Origin: Balamuthia mandrillaris
Taxonomy: Eukaryota
Direction: 5' to 3'
Assembly: GCA_031835245.2 (NCBI GenBank)
Contig: JAVKOQ020000006.1
Location: forward strand, 248,001 to 312,000
DNA length: 64,000 bases
Of the stretch, positions 1-13,400 are shown piece by piece; positions within the stretch are counted from its first letter, which is position 1, and every line of letters starts with the position of its first letter. The position numbers were made by a program, and so were the translations under genes. The notes beneath the pieces are model-generated. The model worked only from the letters and a program-made list of their open reading frames with translations. It was not told the origin of the DNA and searched no databases.

Positions 1-349
1 GACGCCGTTCCTGTCTCGGTGTACGGTACTTGAGGTTGGCCAGCGGGATGTAAACATCCGGTTTCTTATTGTTTTCAGTCTCTCCAGAAGCAGCAACGGA
101 GGCGGTGGAGCGTCTTTGAGGAGGCCTTTTGACTGTCGAGGTAGCAAAAGAGTAGCACGGCGCCACTACCGTCAGCTTCGAACCCAGCGTCGGTCCTGCT
201 GAGAGCCTGCTTTTGCCTGCCGCAAACAACAATGTCAAAGCGGGAAGGCCTGCTCCTTGCACTCTCCTCAAGTTGTGTGGATAACAGGTTGGCTGGGAAA
301 ACAGAGGCGTCACGCCGAAGGAGAAAGAACCGACAGTGCGCGGCTTCAT
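1..349 (-). CDS. 5' part of an unknown protein running off the window edge; possible mitochondrial presequence
   Basis: Manual translation from ATG 349 is open to position 1 (MKPRTVGSFSFGVTPLFSQP...YSFATSTVKRPPQRRST...); rich in R/S/L/A with no acidic residues in the first ~90 aa. Confidence 0.5.
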   Translation of the reverse strand, partial: MKPRTVGSFSFGVTPLFSQPTCYPHNLRRVQGAGLPALTLLFAAGKSRLSAGPTLGSKLTVVAPCYSFATSTVKRPPQRRSTASVAASGETENNKKPDVYIPLANLKYRTPRQERR

Positions 350-431
350 TCCTTCTCTCTTCTTTTACTTTCTTTTCTTATTTTTTTTGGTTGAGCACCA
401 CATTCGAAACTGACGTCATGAATGTACATTT

Positions 432-1802
432 TCATTTATTGTCGACATTAGGTGCTTCTCGTGTCGACCCATCAGAAGAGGTGGTGCTCTTCTTCGTGGT
501 TGGTTTGTTGCTGTTCTTTTCCTCTGTCGTTGCTTCTGCTTCTCTCGCCTCTTCGTCTTCTTCTTGCTGATGCAGCAACGAATGTTGATGCTCATAGTAG
601 TAACCAAGCCTTTGCCCTTCTCCACGGAACCGTGACTGAACGAGTTGGTTTTAGTGATTAATGCATAGGTTTTGAACAAACGAAGAGCACAACGTACAAT
701 AGGTGCAAATAAGTTTCGAAAGTTGGACCAAACAGTTGACTCAGTGGAGGAGGATTGGCCGGTGGTATTATTACTTGTGATTGGAAGGACAGAAACGCTG
801 CCATCAGCGTTCCTACACTTTCTCCATTCCACCGCTCGTCCTTCATCAGCAGTAGGACACGCCACAATGCTGAGCCATGAAGAAGATGATGATGGTGAAG
901 TTGATGATACAGATAACGACATCTCCAGAGAAGCAAATGTGGCTGCACTTGGCCGCATTATGTCCAACCATCCCCATATATCTGATCGTTGTTGAAGAGT
1001 GATGTAAGATTGCAATCATAAGAAAGAAAAACAAAAAGGAAAGAGGAGAAAACACAAACACATATAGCCAACAATAATGCCAGATAAATGTCCAAGCAAC
1101 GATGCCCTTGGAAATAGTAACTGCATCACCACTAACAAGATCCAAGGATAGAGCTTGCTGGGCACCTCTATCATACCAAACAGTCTATTGTGATTTAGCA
1201 TGTGGTTCTGTGTCAGCCATCTCTTATATGTGAGAGAAAGAACAGGCACTAGCATAAACACAAACACAACCACAACCACAAGAGCAAGAAGAGAGAACAA
1301 CAAACAAGAGAGAGAGAGAGAGAGAGAGGAATGACTTGGTGGAGTTGGAAGCAAGGCTGCTATTTTGGCGGAGGACAAGAAGAGCAAAGAGAACAGCAGA
1401 GAGACCAGCGCTGCACGTCCTGTATGGCGCAAAGCCAAACATTCCGGCTGAGCCACTGTAGTGAAACAAAGTCGCAATCACTTTCGCAAAAAAGAAATGT
1501 GAGAAGAGAGAAGCAAAAAAAAATAATGGAGCAGTTGGAGAGAGAGATACCCAAGTGGAGCAACTGGGACAGAAAAGCAAAGCAACAAACAATGTCATAA
1601 AAGAAGGCGATGGAGCCCACTTTGTTCTCAATGGGAGGAGCCAACGCTTGAAACGCCAGCAGGTTGAGCACGATGTGCAAAAAGCTCAGGTGGAGGAAAT
1701 TGGCGGTCAGCAATCTGTACACTGTGCGTCGTCGTTGTGGTTTGGGTTTAGTGCTAACTAAAATGATTTGGAGACAGAAAGAAGGTGGAGCAAGCCACAC
1801 AA

Positions 1803-1838
<36 letters not shown>

Positions 1839-2053
1839 GTGAGGCAAGACAAGGGTATCGAACACTGATATTTGTGAAGGATGACTGCAGGGCTGTTGCA
1901 CAGAGCTGGAAGAAGGCTGTTGGATGGGAAGCTAAACATGCACACCACATCGTAGCAGTACAAAGCCAAACAAAGAAGGGTCAGCGCTCGTGTGGTGAGC
2001 GGCAACCGCAAAAACCAGGCCTTGGCTTGAGCCCCCAACGAGTTGTCCGTCAT
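432..2053 (-). CDS. Rhomboid-family intramembrane protease (RHBDD1-like), multi-exon
   Basis: Exon peptides VYRLLTANFLHLSFLHIVLNL, CSAGLSAVLFALLV (GxS motif) and YPWILLVVMQLLFPRASLLGHLSGIIVGY (GHLxG catalytic His). The 3' end is approximate. Confidence 0.8.
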
Positions 2054-2250
2054 CTTCGTTTGCCCTTCCTGCTTGCATTTAGTGTCGACTCATGCATCAA
2101 TTTCTGCATTACGTCACCCCGCCTCATTATTGCAGAGAAAGGATAATTCATGACGTGTTTCAACAACGGGGACATTATTATTCCGAATCGCACTGCAAAT
2201 CTTTACCTTCTCCTTTCGTTCGTCCCAAACCAACACCAACGGGTGAGAAA

Positions 2251-2496
2251 ATGAGCAAGCTGCCCACCAAACAGCAGTACACCAACGTCACGGAACAGCA
2301 CGCGGGGCAATGGTGTTACCACGACGATGACTGCTGGTGCGGCATGGGCTCCAATCATTGCAACCGAGGGAGCTACGTGTGGTCCTGCTGCGGAGCCTGC
2401 GAGAAAAACACCAAGTGCACCAACGCACAGACGCACCCCTCCCACTGGTCCCAACCTGGCCACATGGCATGGCGCAGGAACTATCCATCCCTGTAA
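2251..2496 (+). CDS. Small (81 aa) Cys/His/Trp-rich putative zinc-binding protein
   Basis: Single-exon ORF with coding-like GC3 between AT-rich flanks: [14 protein letters not shown]...HC...WSCCGAC...C. The HxG...WSCC pattern resembles Btk/CHORD-type Zn motifs. Confidence 0.55.
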   Translation: MSKLPTKQQYTNVTEQHAGQWCYHDDDCWCGMGSNHCNRGSYVWSCCGACEKNTKCTNAQTHPSHWSQPGHMAWRRNYPSL

Positions 2497-2672
2497 ATGC
2501 TCTTTTGTTGTTATTTTTGTTGTTCAGAACAAAGAAATGTAGAAATGATAAAAGTGGTTTTTTTTCAAAAAAAGTTGGGCAACTACTATGTGCAGCTTTG
2601 GCAAAGGAAGAGAAAGGAAGGACTACTATGTGCAGGGGCTTAAAATGAAGGAGGAAAGAAGAGAAAGAGAGC

Positions 2673-3765
<1,093 letters not shown>

Positions 3766-4213
3766 TCTTTTCTTTGTATCTTACTCCTCTCGAGGACGAC
3801 CAAAACTGTTAGGAACCACCCTGCTGCCACCGCCTCCTTGAAAATTTTTTTTTGGGTTCTCAACTTTTCCCACTACGAAAAAAGTAGTGGTGGTCGGTAA
3901 ACGTAGCGCGGGGAACTTCTTCTTTGCAAACAACCGACCAAAGACACTCCTTTTGCTTCCCTCCGAAATTCGGGGGGGATGACGCAGGAAGGTTCTTTTT
4001 TTTGTCGATTCTTTCCCCACCGAAATTTCCATTCCGAAAACCCTCAAGCATGAACGAAATTTCTCTGCAAACCTGGAGGCGATTGGTCGAAAAAACTCCG
4101 TATAAAAATTAACCAAAAAAAAATGGGTGGCGCCGTTTCGCACAGGTTTTGGTCAGAAACCGTTGAACGGAAAAGAGAGGTTGGTCCCGGCAAAGGAAGA
4201 AAGAGCGTGAAGG

Positions 4214-5404
4214 ATGGCTCGTATCGTGCATCCCTCCGTTGGTTATAGGATCGAAGGAGGAGGAAGGGACTTGGAAGATGAAGAGTGTGGAGGAGGTGCA
4301 AGCTCTTCTGCCTCAGAAAAATACATCGATGAGGTACTGATCAACTTTTACTTCGACCCAAGGTTGACAGAGGTGATCTTTAACTAACGCCTCGGGTTAA
4401 GGTATTTGACTTGGCGGATAACGACGTCCGGTTCTATAAAGAGAATTTTTTGGACCAAGGTTTGGAGGGGGCTATGTGCTTGTAAAATAGTTGACTCTGA
4501 TCATCTCCTATTCTATGATCCTTCACTACATAGGTCCGCACATGACATACCTTTGTAAAGACTCGGACATAGGACCGGCAGCATTATCCGTGATCTTTGA
4601 TGAGGAGGAGAAAGAATACGTGGGTATGTCTCGCACATGTAGGGTAAGTGACCGTCTTACCAGAAGAAGAAGGGCTAAGTTAACGAGATGGTACTTGCCT
4701 TGTAGGGCACGCAACGAATTAGAGTTCCAAGTTCTAAAGTGAAAGTGGCGTGGTGGCGCAAATTGTTCCACTTGGGACCTTCAACCGCAGACGTAGTTCG
4801 AGCGGTGGACTCAACACTTCCAGCTTCCAGGATGAAACTCTGCTCTAATCCAAATGTGACGGACAGACTGCTGGAAATTGAGGAAAAGCAAAGCATAAAA
4901 GGATTCAAATTTGGCATCTTATACGCGCAGGAGGGTCAAACCAAAGAGGAAGAAATGTTTGCGAACGGTAACCGTGTTGCCTATTGTGTTTTGTTTTTGT
5001 TTTTGCTTTTGTTTTGCTTTTGTTGGTTTTTATTTGTTTGTTTTTATTTGTTTGTTTGCATGTTTATTTGCTTGCTTTTTTTTTTTGGATTGCTCATCGA
5101 CGTCGTCTCGGCAGTCGACACCAGCGAAGAGTTTGAAGAATTCTTGGACTTCATAGGGGACAGGGTGCAGTTAAATGGGTGGAGCAATTTCAGAGCTGGC
5201 CTAGACGTCCGGAGTATGCTGTTCCCTCTTCATAGTTTGTTTTGTCAGTCGTTCTCACGGTGGTATTGAATCAAACTAGATGGCACGACCGGTACCCATG
5301 GTCTTTACATCAAGTGGAATAATAATGAAATCATGTACCACGTCTCCACAATGCTTCCCTACAATCCTTTAGACAAGCAGCAGGTGTGTTGCTCCCTCCT
5401 CTGT

Positions 5405-5436
<32 letters not shown>

Positions 5437-6372
5437 TCATCGCTCCCAACATCGCTCTCTTCCCTCCTCGTTTCTCTTCTCTTCATCATTCTCTTCTCCT
5501 TCTCCTTCTCCTTCTCCTTCTCCTTCTCCTTCTCCTTCTCCTTCTCCTTCTCCTTCTCCTTCTCCTTCTCCTTCTCCTTCTCCTCCTTCTCCTCCTTCTC
5601 CTTCTCCTTCTCCTTCCTTCTCCTTCTCCTTTTCTCTTCTCTTCCTCTTCTCTTCTCTTCTCTTCTTCTCTTCTCTTCTCTTCTTCTTCTCTTCTCTTCT
5701 CTTCTCTTCTCTTCTCTTCTCTTCTCTTCTCTTCTCTTCTCTTCTCTTCTCTTCTCTATGCTCCTTCTTCTATCATCGTAGAAGTGCAGCAAATGCTAAT
5801 AAACCTGAATCAGCTGGAGCGGAAAAGGCACATTGGCAATGATATAGTGGTAATAGTGTGGCAGGATGGAGACACAGTGTACAGACCCACCACCATCAGC
5901 TCTCGCCAAGTCCGTATCCTTTTTCTTTTCCAGTGCTTGCAAATGCTGTAATCAGGCGTCACGGCTCTGCATGTCGTCTTCTCCCTTATTTTCTCTTTAA
6001 CCAGCAGCACACACAGATGTAGCATTTGTTATAAAAGCAGTTGTGATGGAGGACGAACCAGAAGAAACCTACTATCGAATGGCTGTAGTTTCAAAAGATG
6101 GAGTACCACCATTCGGCCCGGAGATGGACCCTGATGCTGTCTTCAAGAAAGGAGAAGAGTTTAAAGAATTTTTCTACACCAAACGTATGCTCCTTGTTCT
6201 TGTTGTTGGCGTACTTGGATAGTGGGGGATGGTGGCTAACAACATTCCATTAAAATCTTGCGATGCAGTGCTCAACGCTGAGAAGGCCAGTTACGATGCG
6301 CCCATTCTGGAAAACAAGCTCACGCGAACACGAACTGCATTGTTGAAGGACTTGGCGGAAACTTTCCTTTAG
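4214..6372 (+). CDS. Rap/Ran-GAP (Rap1GAP-domain) protein, multi-exon
   Basis: FKFGILYAQEGQTKEEEMFAN, FEEFLDFIG, FRAGLD, IMYHVSTMLPY, QQLERKRHIGNDIVVIVWQD (catalytic Asn), LNAEKA...RTRTALL. Confidence 0.92.
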
Positions 6373-7089
6373 GACTTTATTTTAATTGTTATCCGCCCAT
6401 GTGAAGATCTCTGTTGTTTTTCTTACTTTTTTGAGATGAAGCCATTCTCCCCGGACCAATCAAACAATGCTTGAGGTACACATTTTATCAGATGTGGTGG
6501 ATTTCCTTTCAGTTTTCGGTCTGCCACCTGCCTGGTCACCGTAGTCCCTTGCGTGCAACATGTTACGCAAGTCGGGCAATGTGCGGAGAAAAGATAAAGA
6601 ACCACAACCGAAAAGGTCCGTCAGCGTTACAGCGTAACTTTGCCTGAGTATACAATTTTTCCGATGCAGTCCGCCACCCTTACGTGTATTGGCAGTCACG
6701 TCTTTCAGCAGGCCCTACCCAGCAAGGCGCGTTATGGGAGCAAATGTCCAAATACGGCAGGTCTCGGTCCGCTCTCTTCTGAAATTCCGTTGGTCGATGT
6801 TGCTTCATTCATTCCACGAAACCAATCCTCAATCAAATGTGGTATAGATTGCAAATAAATTGGGGTTACCGAAAACGGCCGCGTTACCTCCATTTTTTTT
6901 CCCAACAGAAAATATTTCAGCGTTTTTTTCACCTTTTCTTTTCCTCCAAACCTTCACATCACACACAGGCCCCCAACAACCCTCTCCCTCTTATACGCTG
7001 TACCACTATAATTTTTTTTTAAGGGGAGCTTTTTTTTTGTGGTTGGTTAAAACCGTGTACACCTCCAGTGTTATAAAAAATCTTTAAGG

Positions 7090-8097
7090 ATGGCTTCTCG
7101 CACTGCCGTGTTGGCCTTGTTGGCTGTGGCCCTGGCTTGCGTGGCCTTGGTCGAAGGTCAATGGATTGCCGACTGCTCGCAAGGGGACTGCATCTTCGCG
7201 AACAACATGGGGCAAGATCAGCTGAGCTACTATTCCGACCCGCTGATGGACGACTACTCGGACGGTATCGTGGACTGGGGTGCTAACTGGTATTCCACCC
7301 CCTTCAACGCCAGTTGGGACATCTTGCCTGTCCGCTGGAACACCACAGTAACCCCGGATGACTTTACCGTGCCTGCTGGACAGAAATGGACCCTCAACAG
7401 CATTACCTTCATTGGAACGGAGGACCCCACCCACGACTTGCAGGTCAACAGGAAGATGTACTGGTACTTCTGGAACAACGTTCAGCGCCTTCAGAACGGC
7501 ACCTGGTACAACCAACCGGACGAGGTGGACCAGCCCTTCTGGTATGCCAGGTGTAATGCCGCCGGCAACAACCCCAACTTGGTTGCCAACAGCACCCGCT
7601 TCTTCCGTCGTGGATCCCTCTGCTACGCCTACACCTGCACCTTCGAGGAGCCCTTGGTGATCGACAACACCAACAGCACCGAGGACAGGATCGTGTGGCA
7701 CGCGTGGATCAAGCACCACATGTGGAGCTTGGTTACCCTCTACCGAGAGGCCTACTGGCAGCACACCACCAAACCCCTCTACTTGACCAACCCTCCCATG
7801 AACGGCAACCACCAGGTCGCTTGGGTTGGCGGCAACACCACCGGCATTCGCTCCTTCCCATGGACCTACTACAGCACCGCTGACCTGACCCTCTACGACA
7901 AGTGGTTCTCCTGGGCGCCCTATGAGTTCTTTGGCGAACTTATCCCTGGTCCTGATAGGGGCTTCCAGACTGACTGGCCTATTCTGTACGTTTTGTTGCT
8001 TGCTTCCTTCCTCCGCTGATCAGTTTCCCCGTTTGCTAATTCGATTTCTTTTTTTCTTTTTCATCACAGCATCCGCGGCTCTGTTGAAACGGCTTAA
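7090..8097 (+). CDS. Secreted/surface glycoprotein of unknown family (2 exons, intron ~7986-8069)
   Basis: Clear signal peptide (MASRTAVLALLAVALACVALVEG), many NxS/T sequons, W/Y/N-rich, strong C-ending codon bias. Confidence 0.8.
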
Positions 8098-8348
8098 ACG
8101 TTGGTGTTTACTTGCAGACCCGCCCGCGCCCCCACCAAGGAGGGATCAAATCTTTGTTTAAACCTTTTTTATTATTATTATTTGCAAAAACATGTAAGGG
8201 GGCTATATGAATTCTACTTCAGCTGCTATTTTAATCCCTCATCCGATCCTCGGATGGGGGGAAGACCAAGCTTCTTCTTTTAATGTTGTATCAATAACTA
8301 TTTAGTTCAGTTTTGTGTTTGCCCTCGCTTCATTTTTTGCGTTTATCC

Positions 8349-10113
8349 TCATTTGCTCGTTGTGAGTGTTGCGGTTTGGTGGAGCAAGTCATCCTCCTCG
8401 CCCTCGCCAATAGAGCGGCGTGTGCGCTTGTGTGGTCTTGTCGGGGCGTTACTGTTGGTGGAAGAGTGCACTTCTGCCGCTGTGCCGCAAACGTCCAGTT
8501 CAACCGATCCCAATGCCTCCAGAAATAAGGATTGCCTCCGTTCTTTGTCTTCTTTCTCTTCGTTTTTCTCTGTTCTGCATGGCAAGCGTTGGGGTGCGTG
8601 CGCTTCTGCTTCCTTCACGGGTGCGTTGGCTTGGTGGTGTTGTGAGCGACGCAAGCCAGTGTTGTTGTTGCTTGTAGTGGTGGTGGTGCTGGTGAATGTA
8701 CAGGTTTCTTTGGAAAAGGCGGAGGATGAAGAGAACGATGAAAAAGTGGAAGTTATTGTGATGTCATTGAGTTGCGAGCTGCTCCGACTGAGGCTTTTAC
8801 CAAAATAAGTCCTCAAAAGGGCAGTTGAGCATGCAACTGTTGGTACAATGGCCTTTGGCCGGAGGAATGCCACAAGCTCTTGTAGCTCCGAAAAAGAAGA
8901 ATGGATGGAATACAAAACGTGCTGTGCAAAGTTAGCAGTCAGTAACAAAAGAGATACAATTGTAGAGAGAAGGTGGGCAAACCCAAACACCGTTTGCAAA
9001 ACACGGCTGCTCGCAATACAATGACGTGTCATGCAGCCCATTGCCAGGTATACCAAACCACTGCGTGGACTGTGTGGTATGTAGAGGAGGAAAGAAATCA
9101 GATAAGATAACAGTGGGCCTAGGGAAGCATACCGGCTTTATGTAGAGTGCACTGGAAGAAGCTTTTGCGCCCTTCTTTGCAAAAGTCTGCACTTGACAGG
9201 CGTGGAAGCGAGTGGAAGAAGCATCAGTGGTGATGTATTGCTGCTGGTCCGGCAACAAACACAGCACTGCATACAGTCGCTCATCCACGCACACCTGCAC
9301 ATCCAACACCATTGCAAAGGAAACATTTGAGTCAACAACTTGGAAGAGCATTCTTTCAAGCTCATTGGAAGGAGTGGTACTTGTGTGTTGAATTCTTGTG
9401 CGACAGCTTTGAAGATCAGTTCAGTGCCTAGCATCTCGCACTCCAAATAGACCCGCATATCAGGAGGGTGCTTGCGCATGATTTGCAAAACCTGTTCTAT
9501 GGCTGCTTCCTGCGATGCACCATGATATAGTTGTTAGTGCAGGAAGAAAGGAAAGAAGATAAATGTACATGCAACCACAAAAGAGAAAAAGAATACAGTA
9601 CTTTTGTGGGCAGTGTCCAAAACGGAGAACAAAAAGTGGTGTCCAAGAAGAGACGATCGACCTGGCCAACGATTCTTCGCAAGGCAGGCTCCTCTTGCAT
9701 GGACGGTTCGTAGCGCAAGTCCCCTGTGTGCAGGTACACCCCAAATGGTCCTTCCAACAACAGCCTTACTTGTGTCATACAAGAGTAACCAGAAGGGGAA
9801 GGATGCACAAGGGAGGGGAAGGAGAAGGAGAAAGAGATAAGGAGAGGAGAGGCAGACAGAGAATAGAAGACCGTACATGGCGTCACCAGGACAATGGTTT
9901 GCTGGAAGGAGAGTGACGCACACAGAGGCCTCTTCTTCTTCTTCCTCCTCCTCTTCATAAAACGTCAGCATGTGTGGGGTATGGTAGGCCAGCGGGCGAA
10001 ACAAGCCTCGTTCCAGCTTCGGAAAGCGTTGCAAGGCCAGCTCTCGCGTTTGAAAAGTACAGTAAATGGGGCCATTGTTCCAACTATCCGATAGACCCAA
10101 GTAGTGATCTGCG

Positions 10114-10149
<36 letters not shown>

Positions 10150-10328
10150 GTTATCATTCTGCAAGAACAACAACAGCATGAGGAGGAAGAACCTGCATGA
10201 AAATGCGTGAGGAAGTAAGCCTTGACGCCAGCGCGGACCTTGAAGTTATCAACGACAATTGCTGTGTGGGGCAGCACCCCGTTGAAGCCCAGCCGGCCGC
10301 TGCTGCTGCTACTACTGCTGCTGCTCAT
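8349..10328 (-). CDS. SNM1/Artemis/Apollo-family metallo-beta-lactamase/beta-CASP DNA repair nuclease
   Basis: FLTHFHADH, IYCT, PANHCPG, LHTGDLRY, LFLDTTF and YSIHSSFSEL motifs across exons. The DCLRE1 paralog could not be determined. Confidence 0.9.
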
Positions 10329-10446
10329 CTTGTCCTGCCGCTACAGAGAAAGAAAATGTTTCGAGGAAGAAATTTGGGCTGGGCAAAATTCCACAAATTA
10401 TAGCAAACATTTTAAAATAGTACAGGAGGAGAGGAGGTGGAAGAGG

Positions 10447-13400
10447 TCACTTGGTGAGTTGAGCGTGGATCCAGCCATTCCATTGATGGTAGTGAAGGTT
10501 CTGGGCCATGGCCCGCTCGTACAGAGTCATGATGTTTTGGGTGCAGCGCTCCCCACGCATGCTCAAGTTCAGCTTGATGGCCATCGCCATGGAGAAGAAC
10601 AGCTCCCGTTGTAGTTTCTCCAGCTCGCTTTCCAAGTGCTTCACTCTTTCCTCTTTCTCCTTCTTGTTCTTCTGCTTTTCGTTCCTTTCCTTCTCCTTCT
10701 CTTTTTCTTGTTGGGAAGCAACAGCGTTGATGGCGGATGAGGTTGCTGAGAGCAGTCTCTTCTCCAAGTCCTTGTTTTGTTCTTCGAGAATGGATGCAGA
10801 TTCCTCAACCTTACGCTTTTGTTCTTCCGCAAGGTCCTTCTACATTCGTTCAATAATGCATACTACATGAGTACAAGTGGTGACAACAACAGTTGTTAAA
10901 GCGAGACAAGTAACGCACCTCTGCGCTTAGGCAAGCCAGCTTCTCTTGCAAAGAAGCGTTAATTTGGCGCAATGCTTGCATGTCATTCTGGCACTGCAGG
11001 TCTTTATCTTGTAGCTCTTGTAGGTCACGTTGAAGGCCCGCGTTCTGGGCTTGAAGTTGGTTCAGCTCTTCTCTTAATCCTGCTGTCTCTTCTTCGTTCC
11101 GTGAAGTAACGTCAATTTGAGCTTTACTCAAATCTTCGAACTGGTGCTGCAACTGGTTTCGTTCTTCGTTCAAGCTCTTTACCTCCTGCTCTTTTTGTTG
11201 TAGTTGAACCACGACAAGGTCGAGGTTATGTTTTTGCTCTTTTGCCGCTCTCACCAATGACTCACTCTCTTCTTCCAGGTCCTTCAATCGACTAACGAGT
11301 CGCTCGTTCTCTGCAACCTGTTGCCGCATTTCATTTTCTTTTTCCTCCAATCTACTTCGCAGGTGTTGCAGCTCCTCAGTGGTGCTGCTCTGTTGCTGCT
11401 GCAACTGAAGCTTGAGGTCGCTCTGTTGCTCCTCTTTTTGCTGTTGTTTCTTCAGATCATTCTTCAGCTCTTCCACTTTGTGCTTTTTGCTAGCAAGCTT
11501 CGCCTCCAAATGTACGACAGAGAGGGTCTTTTCCTCAACTTCCCGCTGTTGTGCTTGCTTCGAGGCTTCAAGCTGCTCAATAACCTTGTTCTTTTCTTCC
11601 AGTCCCAAAACGGTTGATTTCAGGGATTCCGTCAATTGGGCCGCTTCCTCGGCCGCAGCTTCTCTCCGTAACTTGTCTTCTCTTTGTTCATCTTCCAAGC
11701 TTGTCACCCTCGTGTGAAGTTCTAGCGTTTCTTCTTCCTTTTTGCGCAGGTCCTCCTTGAGTTGGCGAACCTCTTCCTGGGAGTGCCCCAATTTCTCCTG
11801 CAAAGCCTCCATCTCTCTTTTCTGCTCGGCCTGTTCGGCCTGAGCTTGGGCCAAGGCCTCCTCCAGAGAGAGACATCGCATCTTCACTTCCATTCTCTCT
11901 TTGCTGGCTTCTTCCTCCGTGTTGCCCATTTGCTGGCTCAGCTCTTGCAGCATTCGTTGGTGCTCTTCCTTTTGTTTTTCCTTTGCTTCCTGCAGGCGTT
12001 GATACCGGTCCGCTTGTCTCTGTTCTGCCTCTTTCAAGCCCACCACCTCCTCTGTCAACGCCAGCACGCTCTCCTCTGCCTTTGTCACGGCCTCCTTCAG
12101 CTCCTCCACTTGCTTCTGCCAGGCTTCATCCTTCTCCGCTGCACTTTCTTTGGCTTTCGCCAATGCTTCCTCCTTTTCCGCCAAGTGCACGGCTTGCTTC
12201 TGTTCTGCTTCCTTGAGTGTAACCACATCAGCTTTAGTTGCCTCCAGCTCTGATTCCACCTGAGCCAAGCTGTGTTGCAAGGCCGCATGCGATTCGCATT
12301 TCCTTTCCAATTCCACTGATAGCTTCGCTCTAGCATCCTCCGCACTCATCAAGTTGTTACGTAGTTCTTCAGCAGTGGCGCGTGCTTCCTCCAGAGCCAC
12401 CTGAGTGTGCGTCTTCTGCTCTTCCAACTGATTGCCTATCTCCGCTTTGACGTTCTCCAACTCGGTCTGCAACTGTTGGACAAGAGCTTCGTGTTTTCGG
12501 TTCACTTCAGCATGTTCCTCTTGCAGCTGCTGAGCACGATTGACAGCACGCACAACTTCCGCTTCACTTTCTTCCAGTTTTTGAGTGAGTTGTTCCTTCT
12601 CAAGAGCAAGCGCTTGCAGGCTTGTTGCGTGACTTTGTGTCTCCTCGTCCTTTTGCTGTTGCAGTTGTTGTAACTCCTCTTGTAGCCGCTTGACGTCGTT
12701 GTCTTGCTCTTGCAGCTTCTGCTGATATTCAACTCGAGCACCATCGAGCATCTGTTGCAGTTTATCCAGTTCAGCTTGGCTATTTATGAAACGCTTATTA
12801 GTCTGCTCCATTTCCATTGCCTGCGCTTCTATCTTTTGGGTCTTGGCCTCCAGAGATTTGGCTTGTTCCTCTACTGTTTGCGTTAGAGCTTGTTGTTGTT
12901 TTGCGGCTTCTTGTTGTAGCTCCTCCTTCTCCGCTTTCTCCTTCTCCAGCGCATTCTGCTGTTCTGTCAGGGCTCGACGCACTTCTTCGATTTGCTGTGT
13001 TTGTTCTACTAAATGCTTCTCCAGATCTCCTCTCTGTTCAATCGCTTGCTTTAGAGCATTCAACTCATTGGATATCAGGGCTTCTCTAGTTCCACTCTCT
13101 TTCTCTTTCTGTTGGAGGAGGGCCTGTTGAGCTTCCAACTCTTGCTTCAAACCAGCAGCTTGCTCCTGCAAAGATGTCTTTTCTTCCGCCCAATCTCTCT
13201 CCTTCTGTTCCAGCTGTGATAGTTGTGCAACTAACTGTTTGTGCTCTTCTTCTTGCTCCTCTTTCTTTGTTTGCAAGCTTTGATAACGCTCTTGGGACTC
13301 CTTTACTGCTTCCTTTAGGCTGGTCACCTCCTCGTTCATTCGTGCGATGCTGTCCTCTGCCTTTGATAAAGCCTCCGTTAGCTCTTCCACTTGCTTCTGC

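Noticed and set aside
6420..6900. Possible ncRNA in a complex intergenic stretch
   Set aside because: No recognisable tRNA, snRNA or snoRNA motifs; more simply the promoter of the 7090 gene.
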